From the NCBI RefSeq assembly GCF_009914755.1, contig NC_060943.1: a stretch of DNA of 64,000 nt. One strand, given 5' to 3'. The translations under genes and the position numbers were made by a program. Position 1 is the first letter of the stretch. The number at the start of each line of letters is the position of its first letter. The notes beneath the pieces were generated by a model that was not told where the DNA came from, did not search any database, and saw nothing but the letters and a program-made list of their open reading frames with translations. This stretch comes from the human T2T-CHM13v2.0 reference genome, Homo sapiens. This document shows positions 1-27,534 of this stretch, in pieces.

Positions 1-15
1 AGGATTAAGCCAGAC

Positions 16-543
16 TGAGGTAGGAGACCAGCAGGACTTGTTTTCTGGTCACAATCTTGCTGACCAAAACAGGATCTGGTCCAGATGGGATGAAGTAAAG
101 AAACTGGCAGGAACCAGCCGACCCCTAGGCAGCAATCCCTAGCTGCTCTCATTGTCTATTAGCATAAGACACTCCCACCAGAGCATGACAGTTTACAAAT
201 GCCATGGCAACGACCTGGAAGTTACCGCCCCTTTTCTACCAGGAAGTTATCTCCCATTTCACACAGTTCTAAATGACCCACCCTCTCAATTTGCATTAAC
301 CCACCCCCTAATTTGCATGTAACTGAAAGTGGGTAGAAGTGAGTGTAAATAGTTGCCAACAGCTCATATGTTGTCTACTCTGGGTGCACTGCCTATGAGC
401 CGGTTCTGTTCTGCAAGGAGCAGCACTGTTCTATGAAAGATTGTTGTCAAACACCACGGGCTCATCCTTGAATTCCTTCCTGGGTGAAGACAAGAACCCT
501 CCCAGGCTAAGCCCCAATTTTGATGCTTTCCTGTCCAGCATCA
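16..543 (+). mobile_element. ERV1 solo LTR (MER66/MER41-related)
   Basis: TGA...TCA termini, 4-bp TSD AGAC/AGAT, and MER41-family core cactcccaccag..catgacagtttacaaatgccatggcaac. Confidence 0.75.
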
Positions 544-545
544 AG

Positions 546-790
546 ATCACTATCTGGGGAAGGAGTGCTCTTAGAATAGAGAACAGCAAGTGCAAAGCCC
601 ATGAGGCAGGAGCAAGGGACAAGAAGGCCATGGGGCTAGAGCCAAGGGGAGATTGGTAGGAAATGCACTTTGAGAGGTGATGGGGGCAGACTGTGGGGGC
701 TTTGTGGTCTGTGGTAGGAACTTACTTTTCCTCTGAGTGAGATGCAGCCATGGGAGGGTTTGAAGTAGGGATGTTATCTGATTCAGGCAT
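546..790 (+). mobile_element. L2 fragment (probably resumes at ~1830-2030)
   Basis: L2-like gaacagcaagtgcaaagccc..tgaggcaggag and tctgagtgagatg..gccatgggaggg. Confidence 0.6.
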
Positions 791-1830
<1,040 letters not shown>

Positions 1831-2029
1831 GGATTTGTTTTTCTTGTGTGGGGGGACAGGAGGAAGTAAGGAACAGAGAAAGAAGGATGCTGCTCAGAGA
1901 CAGGTGAGACAGGAGGGTGGACCAGCCCAGGACCGGGGCATAGGAGCCAGGAGAAGTGGCTAATTCTGGATAGATTTGAGGGTGCCCACAGGATTTGCTG
2001 AAGAATTGGGCATGGGATGCTGGGCCACA

Positions 2030-5480
<3,451 letters not shown>

Positions 5481-5600
5481 CCTGCCAGGGACGGTGGCTC
5501 ACGCCTGTAATCCCAGTACTTTGGGAGGCCAAGGCAAGCAGATCGCTTGAGCTCAGGAGTTCAAGATCAGCCTGGGCAACATGGTAAAATCCTATCTTTA

Positions 5601-5834
<234 letters not shown>

Positions 5835-5859
5835 TTACTAAGTAACTAGCCTCAGTCTA

Positions 5860-6498
<639 letters not shown>

Positions 6499-8306
6499 CT
6501 ATGCACACGGGGTCGTTGGTGGAGGTGGAACTAGATCTCTGCAGAGCACCCTAAAGGGGAGAAACGGGACAGGCCCACACAGGTCTTGGTCTGAACTGGG
6601 AGTACCCTGCCCTGAGAGCACTGTGGCTTGGCTGGCCCCAGCTGCTGGAGAGGGACTTAGAGGAAAGTGCCACACAGTGTAGGATGCCCACTTGCCTGGT
6701 CCAAGGATGCTCCTGGTGGGTGTGAGAGAAACAGCAAAGTCCAGCATTTCCAGACTTGGATTTCTCCAAGGTTTCCAGTCATGTTGCCATTTATTGGGAA
6801 GGGGAATGGTGCAGGACTGGGGGAAGGAATAGGAAAATCAGGGCTTCATTTTGGGGAAACTGAGGCTCAGAAAAGCCCACAGGCACCGAGCAAGGATGTG
6901 AAACCATTTCCCTCGTAACCCCCGGGCGACACCGCCTGCCCCAGTTCCACGTGAGGTTGTAAAGCACTGATGCTGCTGAACATTTTCATAAATGACTTCA
7001 TTTAGTCTCATCAACAATGAGCATTTTGATCCCATTTAGGGGGAACAAAGGGAGGCTCAGAAAGACCTTGCCGAGGCCTTAGATGGAGGAGGTGGCAGAT
7101 TTTAGTGTGCTCTGAGTCCAGGCCCACTTTAGGCTCACAGAACCACCTCAACCCCTTTCTGCCCTAGGCCGGGCTTTTCCGAGCCTCCCTCTGCCCACTT
7201 GCCTCCTCCTTCCAGGAGTCAGGGTACTGGGGGGCTTCCCGCCTGCGCCCAAGGGGCCATAGGGCCTCATTCCCATCCATTCCTGCCTCTGTGCCTTGCT
7301 CTAACCCAGCTGGCCACAGCCCCACCTGGCCCAGGTGCCGCCGGCCCTGCTTGGTCCCCATACAAAGGCCTGTGGGAGAGGCTGGGAAATTGCCATCCAC
7401 CTGGGGACAGTGGGAAACAGTCATCGTCAGCCTGTCCATATCCAGGACACCGTGCTGCATCCTGGCTCACAATCAGGAACCAGAAGGCAGCACGGCCCCC
7501 ACAGGGCTGGCACGGGCAGCCTCACTGTGGCCTGTGCCCTGGGCAGTACCAGGCAGCTCCATCCTGTGGTACCCAGGCTGAGTCCATCTCTTACGCCCAC
7601 GCCCAACCTCTCAGCAAACCCAGGCAGCTCCAGGTGCACAAAATCTGCACAGCACCTGCCCTTTCTCGCCCGACCATGGCCACCACCCTGGCCCCATCCA
7701 CCCCTGTCTCCATCTGGACCATCACTCCCATCCACAGACTCCCTGCTCCTTCCCACCCCACCCTCGCAATCTGTTCCACAGCCACAGGGAGACTGTGAAC
7801 ACCTGTGTCACTCCTCCGCCCAGAACCCTCCCGGGGTGCCATCCTGCCCTGAGTAAAGGGCAAAGTCCTCCCCTACGGCCCACCAGGCCTCACATGATCT
7901 GCCCCGCCCCACTCTGACTCTGTGGCCTCCCACAGCCTCCTTGCTCACCCAGCCTGGCCACTGCTTATTATTCTGTTCCCACCACGGGGACTTTGCTTGG
8001 CTGCCCCTCCCCATAGGTCACTCCCTACCCTCCTTCCAATGTTTGCTCAAATCTTGCCTTCCCAGCCAGGCTTCCCCTGACCACTGCCTTTAATACTTTA
8101 ACCACCCTGCCTTTTTTTGAACTCCTAATTTTTTATTTTTATTTTTATTTTTTGAGATAGGATCTAGCTCTGTTGCCCAGGCTGGAGTGCAGTGGCGTGA
8201 TCATAGCTCACTGCAACTTTGAACTGCTAGGCTCAAGGGATTCCTCCTGATTCAACCTCCCAAGTAGCTGGGACTATAGGTGCACACCCAGCACTTATAA
8301 TTGTAA

Positions 8307-8465
<159 letters not shown>

Positions 8466-8609
8466 TGATTTTCTTGGAAACCTTCCATAGACTTCACAGC
8501 TTCCTCTCACCATCCCACTCATCCAGCCACTGGCCATGGCCACCTTCCCTGTTACTGTACGCAGGCTCCAGGAGGGCTGGTCAGCTCAGCCTCTCTGCTG
8601 GAGTCCTTT

Positions 8610-10015
<1,406 letters not shown>

Positions 10016-10328
10016 GTCGTTATTCAGCCTACTGATAATCAGGTCCTGACTGATGGTGGTTCTAGGAGAACAGAGCCTCAGGGAAGCTCATCTGCAGCTG
10101 GTTCTCTAATCTACAGGGCTTAAGAGCATCATCAACCCTGTTGCCATGGTTAAGGGGGCACTGGTAGTTCACAACATGCAGAGACAAAATGGTGACTTAT
10201 ACTGTGACCTGTCGTCACCTGTCATTTACAGGGTCAGGTCCATTCTGCACTGGTCTCCCTGTTGAGCAAGGACGGTGGCCATTGTCAGTCCAGGCTCCCC
10301 ACTTCCTTGTTCTTTTTTTTTTTGATAG

Positions 10329-10427
<99 letters not shown>

Positions 10428-10587
10428 TGAGTAGTTGGGATTACAGGCGCCCGCCACCACGCCCAGCTAATTTTTGTATTTTTAGTAGAGATGGGGTTTC
10501 ACCATGCTTTCCAGGCTGGTCTGGAACTCCTGACCTCAGGTGATCCGCCCACCTCGGCCTCCCAAAGTGCTGGGATAATAGGCGTGA

Positions 10588-10812
<225 letters not shown>

Positions 10813-11082
10813 TAAGATGGAGTCTAACTCTGTTGCCCAGGCTGGAGTGCAGTGGCACAATCTTGGCTCACTGCAACCTCTGCCCCCACCAGGTTCAAGT
10901 GATTCTCCTGCCTTAGCCTCCCGAGTAGCTGGGATTACATGCACATGCCACCACGTCCAGCTAATTTTTTGTATTTTTAGTAGAGACAAGGTTTCACCAC
11001 ATTGGCCAGGTTGGTCTTGAACTCCTGACCTCAGGTGATCTTCCCGCCTCGGCTTCCCAAAGTGCTGAGATTACAGGCGTGA

Positions 11083-11376
<294 letters not shown>

Positions 11377-11429
11377 TGACCCCCAGATCTAAGAGCAGTG
11401 GACACTGGGGAAGACCCTCTACTCCCACT

Positions 11430-11600
11430 CAACCCTTTCTCCGGTAAGGACCCAAGAGGGCAGAGGCCTAACCCAGCCCCCGGCGTTCATCCTGATTCAT
11501 CCAATGAGTCTAATCTTCTGTGGTGTGACTTGTTCAGGAATGGGCATCCAACCTAGTTCTGGCCAATGGGGTGCAAGGGGAGGAGGATGTTCTGAAAAAG
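11430..11600 (+). mobile_element. LTR16-like (ERVL) fragment
   Basis: ttgttcaggaatgggcat..ttctggccaatg resembles LTR16. Confidence 0.45.
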
Positions 11601-12265
11601 TGTAGAAAAAAGAGGATCACAGATCTAAGGTTTGTAGTAAGAGTCTGTGGTTTCCAGAATGACATGGAAGAAGGAATGAGGGAGGACACCTACAAGTTAG
11701 ATGATGGCTACACCCCAAGACTTCAGAGGTGTGGACTGAAAGCCACAAAAGAAGGAAGTAAATGGTCAGATAATGCATTTCCTTTAGGAATGTAAGTCAT
11801 GAGGCCAGCTGACCACGGTGAAATCTTACATTGGGAAATAGTGTGGGCTGTTGACTTGACAATGGAGCCATAGGTTAGCCGCCATTTTGCAGAGCTATCT
11901 GTGAAGGTGCTGATGACACTCTTGAAAGGATCCCAGTACTGGTCGAAGGTGAAGACACAGGAATCCATCATGTGGTGAGATTCTAACTTCATCCCTAACT
12001 GGCGGTCTACATTACGTGTAGATCTGTTTACTAAGGCAGTTGATCTCTTCTTTGGCGTGTCTTTGAAAGGGGTTTTCTCATTCCTTATGTTACCAAATAA
12101 AGGAGGTGTTTTTACTGCACTCTCCAGGAAGGACAAGTGGAGGAAGAACAGCTGCAGTTTGTCTCTGTCCCTCATGCCTTCCCTGGGGGTGACGGTGGGG
12201 GAGGACCCATGGTTTAGTGGAACTTATTCTTGTGCCTATAAACCAGCTAGAGAGGAGCCGCCATT

Positions 12266-12918
<653 letters not shown>

Positions 12919-13010
12919 AGGAGCCTCCATTTTAGATGGTAAGTTCAATTTGGGGGTGTTGGGAAGCCTGCTGCGGCCACCCAGCTAAGCCTTTACCAAC
13001 AGGCTGATAT

Positions 13011-14224
13011 ATATTTTTTTAATTTTTAATTTTTGTAGGTGTACTTATTTATGGGGTAAATGAAATGTTTTGATACAAGCATGGAATGTATAATAATCAC
13101 ATCCTGGAGAATGGGGCATCCATCCCCTCAAGCATTTATCCTTTGTGTTACAAACAATCCAATTATACTCTTTCAGTTATCTTTAAATAGGCGAGTTATT
13201 ATTGACTATAGGCGCCCTGTTGTGTGATCAAATAGTAGGTCTTATTCATTATTTCTATTTTTTTATACCCACTAACCATCCTCTCCTCCCCCCAACCTCC
13301 ACTATCCTTCCCAGCCTCTCTATGTCCATGAGTTCAATTGTTTTGATTTTTAACTCCCACCAATAAGTGAGAACATGTGATGTTTGTCTTTCTGAACCTG
13401 GTTTATTTCACTTAACATAATGGTCTCCAGTTCCATTCATGTTGTTACAAATGACTAGATCTCATTCTTTTTTATGGCTAAATAGTACTCCACTGTGCAT
13501 ATGTACATTTTCCTTATCCATTCATCTGCTGATGGACACTTAGGTTGCTTCCAAATTTTGGCTACTGTGAGCAGTGCTGCAATACACATGTCAGTGTAGA
13601 TATTTCCTTAACAGATACACTGATTTCCATTCTATGGGGTATATACCCAGCAGTGGGATTGCTGGATCATATGGTAGCTCAAATTTTTAGGTGTTTTTTT
13701 TTTTTTTTTTTGAGACAGAGTCTAGCTCTGTCCCTCAGGCTCAAGTGCAGTGGTGTGATCTCGCTCACTGCAACCTCTGCCTCCCAGGTTCAACTGATTC
13801 TTCTGCCTCAGCCTCCTGAGTAGCTGGGATGACAGGCATGCACCATGACGCCTGGCTAATTTTTGTATTTTTAGTAGAGACGGGGTTTCACCACATTGGC
13901 CAGGCTGGTCTTGAACTCCTGACCTCAAGGGATCCACCTGCTTTGGCCTCCCAAAGTGTTGGGATTACAGGTGTGCGCCACTGCGCCCAGACTCAATTTT
14001 TAGTTTTTTGAGGAACCTCCAAACTGTTCTCCACGGTGGTTGTACTAATTTACATTCCCACCAACAATGTACGAGGGTTCCCTTTTCTTCACATCATTGC
14101 CAGCATTTGTTATTGCCTGTCTTTTGGATATAAGGCACTTTAATTGGGGTGAGATGATATATCTCACTGTAGTTTTGATTTGCATCTCTCTAATGATCAG
14201 CGATGTTGAGCCCCTTTTCATATG
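13011..14224 (-). mobile_element. L1MA-type 3' end with internal Alu (~13695-13990)
   Basis: L1MA 3' UTR (catcccctcaagcatttatcctttgtgttacaaacaatcc) and ORF2 tail; TSD-like ccaacaggctgatat / ccaataggcggatat. Confidence 0.85.
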
Positions 14225-14294
14225 CCAATAGGCGGATATTTCTAGCTGTCTGTGTGATTCCTGGGTCTACTTCTCCAAAATCAGACTGGAAGCA

Positions 14295-14500
14295 GAGAGG
14301 CAGTGTGGAGAGCAGATAAGAGTCAGGGCTCTGCTGCCAGACTGCCCGAGTTCAAATCCTGGCTCCACCTCTGGCTCACTGGGGGGACTTTGAGCATGCC
14401 ACTCAGTCTTTCTGACCTCAGTTTCCCCCTGTATAAAATGGGGATGATAATGCTACCTATCTCATAGGGTTGTGGAGAGGACCAAATGAGCTAGTATGGG
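14295..14500 (+). mobile_element. MIR
   Basis: gagttcaaatcctggctcc..ctcagtttcccc.tgtataaaatggggatgataat core. Confidence 0.8.
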
Positions 14501-14561
14501 GTATTTCATGGATCCACGGAATTGGGATGGGTGTTAAAATAGATGATCTGTTGTGGTTTAA

Positions 14562-14915
<354 letters not shown>

Positions 14916-14922
14916 TAGATAG

Positions 14923-15021
<99 letters not shown>

Positions 15022-15024
15022 TGA

Positions 15025-15243
<219 letters not shown>

Positions 15244-15349
15244 TAGAGTTGGTGGAATAGGGCACATGGGAAGGCTAAGAGCAGTGCTTGTAGCACAGAA
15301 AGTAGCATGTGACTGTTGATCAGTATCATTACTGTTAATTCCCCTCAAA

Positions 15350-15645
15350 CACCCCACAGCTCCCTCCGCTCTCTTGAGGGAGTCCCCCAGAAAGACAGCT
15401 TCTCTCTCTCTCTCATTCTGTCTTTCTCTCTCCCTTGCCTCTGCTGAACTCAAACAAGAAAGCATGTTGCAGTGGTGTTGGCAGCCTTTCACTTACAACC
15501 TTATCTTCAGGATGAAGATAAAACTAGATAGAGATCGCAGAGCAGAGAAACGGGAACCCAGGATGCCAATGACATCAGTGAGCATCTGGACAGACTACAC
15601 ATCTTCTGTGGGTTTCCTGTTACTTGCAGCCCAAAGCATTCATAT
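15350..15645 (+). mobile_element. LTR16-like 3' fragment
   Basis: gggtttcctgttacttgcagcccaaagcatt resembles the LTR16 3' end. Confidence 0.5.
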
Positions 15646-15648
15646 GTG

Positions 15649-15650
<2 letters not shown>

Positions 15651-15691
<41 letters not shown>
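15651..15691. repeat. (GT)n microsatellite
   Basis: About 20 GT units. Confidence 0.97.
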
Positions 15692-15694
<3 letters not shown>

Positions 15695-16063
15695 TGTTCT
15701 CCTGAAAGCACTGGGGGGTTTCTGAGACTTCTGAACATGGGCTATCTTTACTAGTGTTTTTTCAGGCCTGTCTCCCACTCCTGAGCCCCCTAAGCCAGTA
15801 TTCTCTCCAACAAGGCCTCTTTCCCTACCCCATGCTACAGATCTCTGGGAAGCTGAGCCCAGTGGTCTGATTGACAGGTGACTCCAAGATGTTGCTTGTT
15901 CAAAGATGCTGAGATCTCTCTGGAAATTGTCACTAATTTCCACTTAGGACAGCATTTCCCAAAGAGTGGAATATGCTAGTGAGATTTGACACATTTAGGT
16001 GGTACACAAAACATTTGTTATGTGAATAGCTCTGTGTTTTCTTTTTTTCTTTTTTAGAGATAG

Positions 16064-16618
<555 letters not shown>

Positions 16619-16877
16619 TGATCCACTCGCCTCAACCTCCCAAAGTGCTGGGATTACAGTCGTGAGCCACCACGCCCAGCCCTGTATTTTCTTTGAAAAA
16701 GTATTAAATGATTTTGGTTTTCTCTTTATAGTAGTGATACAATGTTGCCTTCAAAATGAATTAAGCCTAAACATTATTTAAAGAAATTAAGTAAATAAGA
16801 GTTTAAGTAGTCCTTGAATAGGACAAAAAAATCTCAAGTGGTATGTGAGCCACTGAAGTTTGGGTAGCTTGGTTTTA

Positions 16878-17356
<479 letters not shown>

Positions 17357-17571
17357 TTAAAAAGGCTACACTTGCAGTGATTTAAAATAAACTGAGGCTT
17401 TTAGGAAATCTCTGCTGAAGCGGCTCCTGCTTCAGCAGAAACACCTGTGTGTTTTAATGCTGAGGATGGGCGGAGTATGGAGCCTTGGGCAGAGTACGGA
17501 GCCTTCGGTGAAACTGCGGACTGGGAGAGACCTGGACCAGTTACAAGCTGTGTAATATCAGACAAGCTACC

Positions 17572-17612
17572 TGTATTTGTCTGTTCTCGTATTGCTATAA
17601 AGAAATACCTGA
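17572..17612 (-). mobile_element. MST LTR terminal fragment
   Basis: tgtatttgtctgttctcgtattgctataaagaaatacctgaga. Confidence 0.65.
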
Positions 17613-17633
17613 GAGGCCCAGCGTGGTGGCTCA

Positions 17634-18299
<666 letters not shown>

Positions 18300-19569
18300 T
18301 TACCTAAGCCCAACATGGAACTCCATTATACTCATAACCAGGTTTGTTGTCGTTGTTGTTAGAGACAGGGTCTCGCTCCATCACCCAGGCTGGAGTGCAG
18401 TGGTGTGATCATGGCTCACTGTAATCTCAAACTCCTGGGCTCAAGCGATCCTCCCAACTCAGCCTCCCAAACTGTTGTGATTACAGGCATGAGCCACCGC
18501 ACCGGGCCCGTAAACAGTTTTAAATTTTTCAGGAATGCAACTACTGGGTAGAACCAGGAATGTGTGTTCATTGTTCACCATTTGGTGCCAGAGTCACAAA
18601 GCTGTGTCTGTCTTTATTTGTGGCTCTCCAGCTGGCATTCACAAAGCTTCTGCCCCTGGCACACCCCTAACCCTTTATTATGTTTTATAGCTTAGTTAAG
18701 TCTGAGCTTTTTGAACATTTTACTATAAATTACTTTCCGCTTATTCTTTCTTCATTATAATAAGGACATTATCTTGATTAAAAATTTTATTTTGTATGTG
18801 GGTGGGTTATATTATCCATAAACTTTATTTCAGGGTGGTAAAGGGAGCATATAAAATATTTATTATAACACTAATCTATGCTAAAAATCAAAACAGCCGT
18901 TACCCCTGGGGGTGGGGGGCGGGCGGTAAGAGGATTGACTGCAAAAGGGCACAAAGGAATGTTCTGGAGAGAAATGTTCTCTGCCTTGATTGAGGTGGTG
19001 TACAATTGTCAAAACTCATCCAACTGCACACTTAAAGTGGGCGCGTTTTACCGTAATTATAATGTAAATTATACCTCACTCGAGTGGAATAAAACAAATT
19101 TTAAAATATCTGCATAGAAACTTTAAAAGTATAGATTTGGCCAAGCATGGTGGCTCAGGCCTGTAATCCCAGCACTTTGGGAGGGCAAGGTGGGTGGATC
19201 ACCTGAGGTCAGGAGTTCAAGACCAGACCAGCCTGGCCAACATGGAGAAACCCCACCTGTACTAAAAATACAAAATTAGCCAGGCGTGGTGGCGGGTGCC
19301 TGTAATCCCAGCTGTCTGGGAAGCTAAGACACAAGAAGCGCTTGAACTCGGGAAGCAGAGGTTGCAGTGAGCCAAGATCTTGCCACTGCACTCCAGCCTG
19401 GGCAACAGAGCAAGACCCTGTCTCAAAATTAACAAAAAACATAGACTTGTTCTAGAAAGCAGATAGAGATCTGCTAAGGCCTTGAAATCAATTAAGTGGA
19501 TTTAGACCAGCATTTAAAAACAAAAGCAAAAACAGAAGAGATTAGAGGCTGGCACTGCCCACATTGTGA

Positions 19570-19947
<378 letters not shown>

Positions 19948-20419
19948 TGATATAAGTACATGTCTTATTTTGAACTGTAGTCAAAAACATTGAAAAAACT
20001 AAAATGGTACTTGCCAGACTTTCAAACATAGATCTCTTACCTCTTTTGCAGCAATGTCTGAGATATGATTAGATCATCATGATTTTATCCGAGAAGACTG
20101 ACAGTCAGAAGCTTGTGTTTGAAAGAGGATTAAACGTGGTAGAGTGAGTTCTAATAACAGAAATCACAGGGATGGGGAATAAAAAGAGTGTTGGGGTGAG
20201 AGCTGAATGCTCATCGTTCATAATGATGTCTATATTTGATCAATCCAGAATTAACATGACAAACCTGGAAAAATACTTCCAAATTGCATCACATGCAAAG
20301 GGCTAATTTTAATAGATTTCCCACAAATGAATAAGAAAAGGAACAATCTCATCAGGGGAAAAAATACACAGAGAATGTGAACAAATAGTTCATAGAAAAG
20401 GAAATAAGAATGGCTCTTA

Positions 20420-20906
<487 letters not shown>

Positions 20907-21001
20907 TAGCCAGGATGGTCTCGATCTCCTGACCTCGTGATTCACCCGCCTCGGCCTCCCAAAGTGCTGGGATTACAGGTGTGAGCCACCATGCCCGGCT
21001 G

Positions 21002-21179
21002 CCACACACTTTTAAATGACCAGATCTCTTGAGAACTCACTCACTACCAAGGGGATGGTGCTCACCCATTCATGAAGGATCCACCCCATGATCCAATCAC
21101 CTCCCACCAGGCTCCACCTCCAATGTTGGAAATTGCAATTCAACATGAGATTGGTGGTGATAGCACCTAGACTATATCG
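21002..21179 (-). mobile_element. MSTB-like LTR fragment (other end)
   Basis: ccagatctcttgagaactcactcact..ccaaggggatggtgct..atccaatcacctcccaccagg. Confidence 0.75.
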
Positions 21180-21193
21180 GCCACGGTACCTAG

Positions 21194-21734
<541 letters not shown>

Positions 21735-21867
21735 TAGCTGGGATTACAGGCACCCGCCACCACTCCCGGCTGAGGGCCTCGTATTATAAGAATATTTGTG
21801 ATTGCATTTGGAGCCTACATGGATTATCCAGGATCATCTTCCCATTTTAATATTCTTTTTTTTTTGA

Positions 21868-21972
<105 letters not shown>

Positions 21973-21983
21973 TGAGTAGCTGG

Positions 21984-23113
<1,130 letters not shown>

Positions 23114-23159
23114 TCACCAACCCTGGCCTCACAACTCTCTCCTTTGCCACTATCATCAA

Positions 23160-23860
<701 letters not shown>

Positions 23861-24177
23861 GTGTTGTGTGCCTGTGATCCCAGCTACTGGGGAGGCCGTG
23901 GCAAGAGGATCACTTCAACCCAGGAGCTCGAGGCTGCAGTGAGCCATGATCATGCCACTGCACTCTAGCCTGGGTGACAGACAGAGACCCTTTCTCTAAT
24001 ATAGACATAAAAATATTATATAAAAATAAATATATAATATTTCTATTATATAAAAATTATTTCTACATATTTCTATAATTATATAATATACAAATTATTT
24101 ATTTATTTATATTATATAAAAATAAAATAGAAAAGGTTAGAGGGCAACAAGTCCAGATAGGACCGTGTGACTCATGA

Positions 24178-24450
<273 letters not shown>

Positions 24451-24614
24451 TGATCTCGAACTCCTGAGCTCAAGCAATCTGCCCACCTTGCACTGTGGCC
24501 TCCCAAAGTGCTGAGATTGCAGCTTGAGCCACTGCACCCGGCCTTTGTTTTGTTTTTTAAGTTGAGGAGAGTATGGCTGGGTGAACATGAACCACATTCT
24601 TCCTTTCTTTTTAA

Positions 24615-24749
<135 letters not shown>

Positions 24750-24750
24750 T

Positions 24751-24838
24751 GACCATGGCAGAGAGCCTGTTCTCCCTGCGAGACCTGCCATGGACCATGG
24801 CAGAGAGCCTGTTCTCCCTGAGTGACCTGCCATGGACC
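24751..24838. repeat. 42-bp tandem repeat, about 2.1 copies, each unit with terminal inverted repeats
   Basis: GACCATGGCAGAGAGCCTGTTCTCCCTG(C/A)G(A/T)GACCTGCCATG twice. Confidence 0.95.
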
Positions 24839-25921
24839 CAGGGGTATACTCGTTTCCCTCTAGTAACTGTGCTGCTGGGCCCACGCCTGAGAGCCTGTGG
24901 AGGGCTGGGGTGTTCCTGGAGGTAGGATACACAGAGCTGACCACACTCCTGCTGACCATGCACAGCGTGACCCACGCTTCAGCCCTGACAGATCCCCCAG
25001 TTGGTGGTGAGTCATGTGCCCTCTAGGACTCAACTCCTGTTCTCACCCACTGAACTCACGAGGAAGGATTAGTGTAGACCCTCAGGGAAGATCACACCAG
25101 ATTTGATCTTGATATGACCCAGCTCATCCTTCACACAGCAGGGGCCAGGCTGCCCTTTCCTCACACAGAAGGATGAGCCTTGCTCTCCAGTGGGTTTTTA
25201 TTTATTTATTTACAGACAGGATCTACCAAGGCTGGAGTGCAGTGGTGAGATCTTGGCTCACTGCAACCTCTGCCTCCCTCCCAGGCTCAAGTGATCCTCC
25301 CATCTCAGCTTTCTGAATAGCTGGGACCACGGGCACACACCACCACACCTGGCTAATTTTTGTATTTTTTGTAGAGACGAGGTTTAGCCATGTTGGCCAG
25401 GCTGGTCTCAAACTCCTGGGCTCAAGCGATCGGCCCGCCTCGGCCTCCCAAAGTGCTGGGATTACAGGCGTGAGCCACTGCGTCCAGCCTAATAAGATAT
25501 TTTTTAAGGCAATTTTTTGGGGGGGACAGGGTCTTGCTCCGTTGCCCAGGCTGGAGTGCAGTGGCATGATCACAGCTCACTGCAGTCTCCTGGGATCAAG
25601 TGATCCTCTCACCTCAGCCTCCCGAGCACACCCCCGTAGGACTTTAAAATCTTCCAACACTCCTCAATGTGACTACAGTGGAAAATGGTGTACCCAACAA
25701 TGGTACAATAAATAGTTGGGGCCAGGCATGGTGGCTCACACCTGTAATCCCAGCACTTTGGGAGGCCGAGGTGGGCAGATCATTTGAGGTCAGGAGTTCA
25801 AGAGCAGCCTGGCCAACATGGTAAAACCCTGTCTCTACTAAAAAAAAAAAAAAAAAAAGTCCGGGTGCAGTGGCTCACGCCTGTAATCCCAGCACTTTGG
25901 GAGGCCGAGGCAGGTGGTTCA

Positions 25922-26307
<386 letters not shown>

Positions 26308-27345
26308 TCAAAAAAAAAAAAATAATAATAAAATAAAAATAAATAAATAGTTGGGCCAATATTTATAAGAGCTCATGTTTGTTTGAGGGTTTAGTCTGTC
26401 CCTGGCCTCAATTCCGGATTTTATGGAACTGTTATGTCCACCTGATGATACAGTGATGCTTGGAGGCCACGTGCAGTGGCTCACGCCTATAATCCCAGCA
26501 CGCTGGGAGTCCAAGGCAGGTGGATCGCTTCAGCCCAGGAGTTTGAGACCAGCCTGGTCAGCAAGGCGAGACTGTGTCTACAAAAAATTTTTAAAAATCA
26601 GGTGGGTGAGGTGGTGTGAAACTGTAGTCTCAGCTACTAGGGAGGTTGAAGTGGGAAGATCACTTGAGTCCAGGAGTTCGAGGCTGCAGTGAGCTATGAT
26701 CATGACACTGCACTGCAGCCTAGGCAACAGAATGAGACCCTGTCTTAAAAAACAAAATACATGGCCAGGAAGGGTGGCTAACGCCTGTAATCCTAGCACT
26801 TTGAGAGGCCAAGACAGGTGGATCACCTGAGGTCGGGACTTCGAGACCAGCCTGACCAACATGGAGAAACTCCGTCTTGACTAAAAATGCAAAATTAGCT
26901 GGGCGTGGTGGTGCATGCCTGTAATCCCAGCTACTCAGGAGGCTGAGGCAGGAGAATTGCTTGAACCCCGGAGGCGGAGATTGCAGTGAGCCAACATTGC
27001 GCCATTGCACTCCAGCCTGGGCAACAAGAGCAAAACTTCATCTTAAAAAAAAAAAAAAGAAAAGAAAAAAAGACAAAAACAAAACCATGCTGGGAGATGA
27101 CACAGGACCTGAGGCCTGAAATCCAGGATGAGATGGCAGAGGGATGAATCGGAGACAGTGGGGCCTGGTGGTTAAGGCCAAGTGTGCAGAAAGGAATGAA
27201 TCTCAGGTTTTTTGTTTGTTTGTTTGTTTGTTTTTTGACACAGAGTCTTGCTCTGTTGCCCAGGCTGGAGTGCAATGGTGCAATCTCAGCTTACTGCAAC
27301 TTCCACATCCCAGGTTCAAGAGATTCTCTTGTCTCAGCTTCCTGA

Positions 27346-27534
<189 letters not shown>

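Noticed and set aside
7164-7863. Overlapping ORFs up to 199 aa in GC-rich DNA
   Set aside because: Open on both strands, non-ATG starts, Pro/Ala/Gly-rich, no recognisable domain, and the 3' part runs into L2-like sequence. I also looked for F-box/FBA-like exon remnants and saw none.
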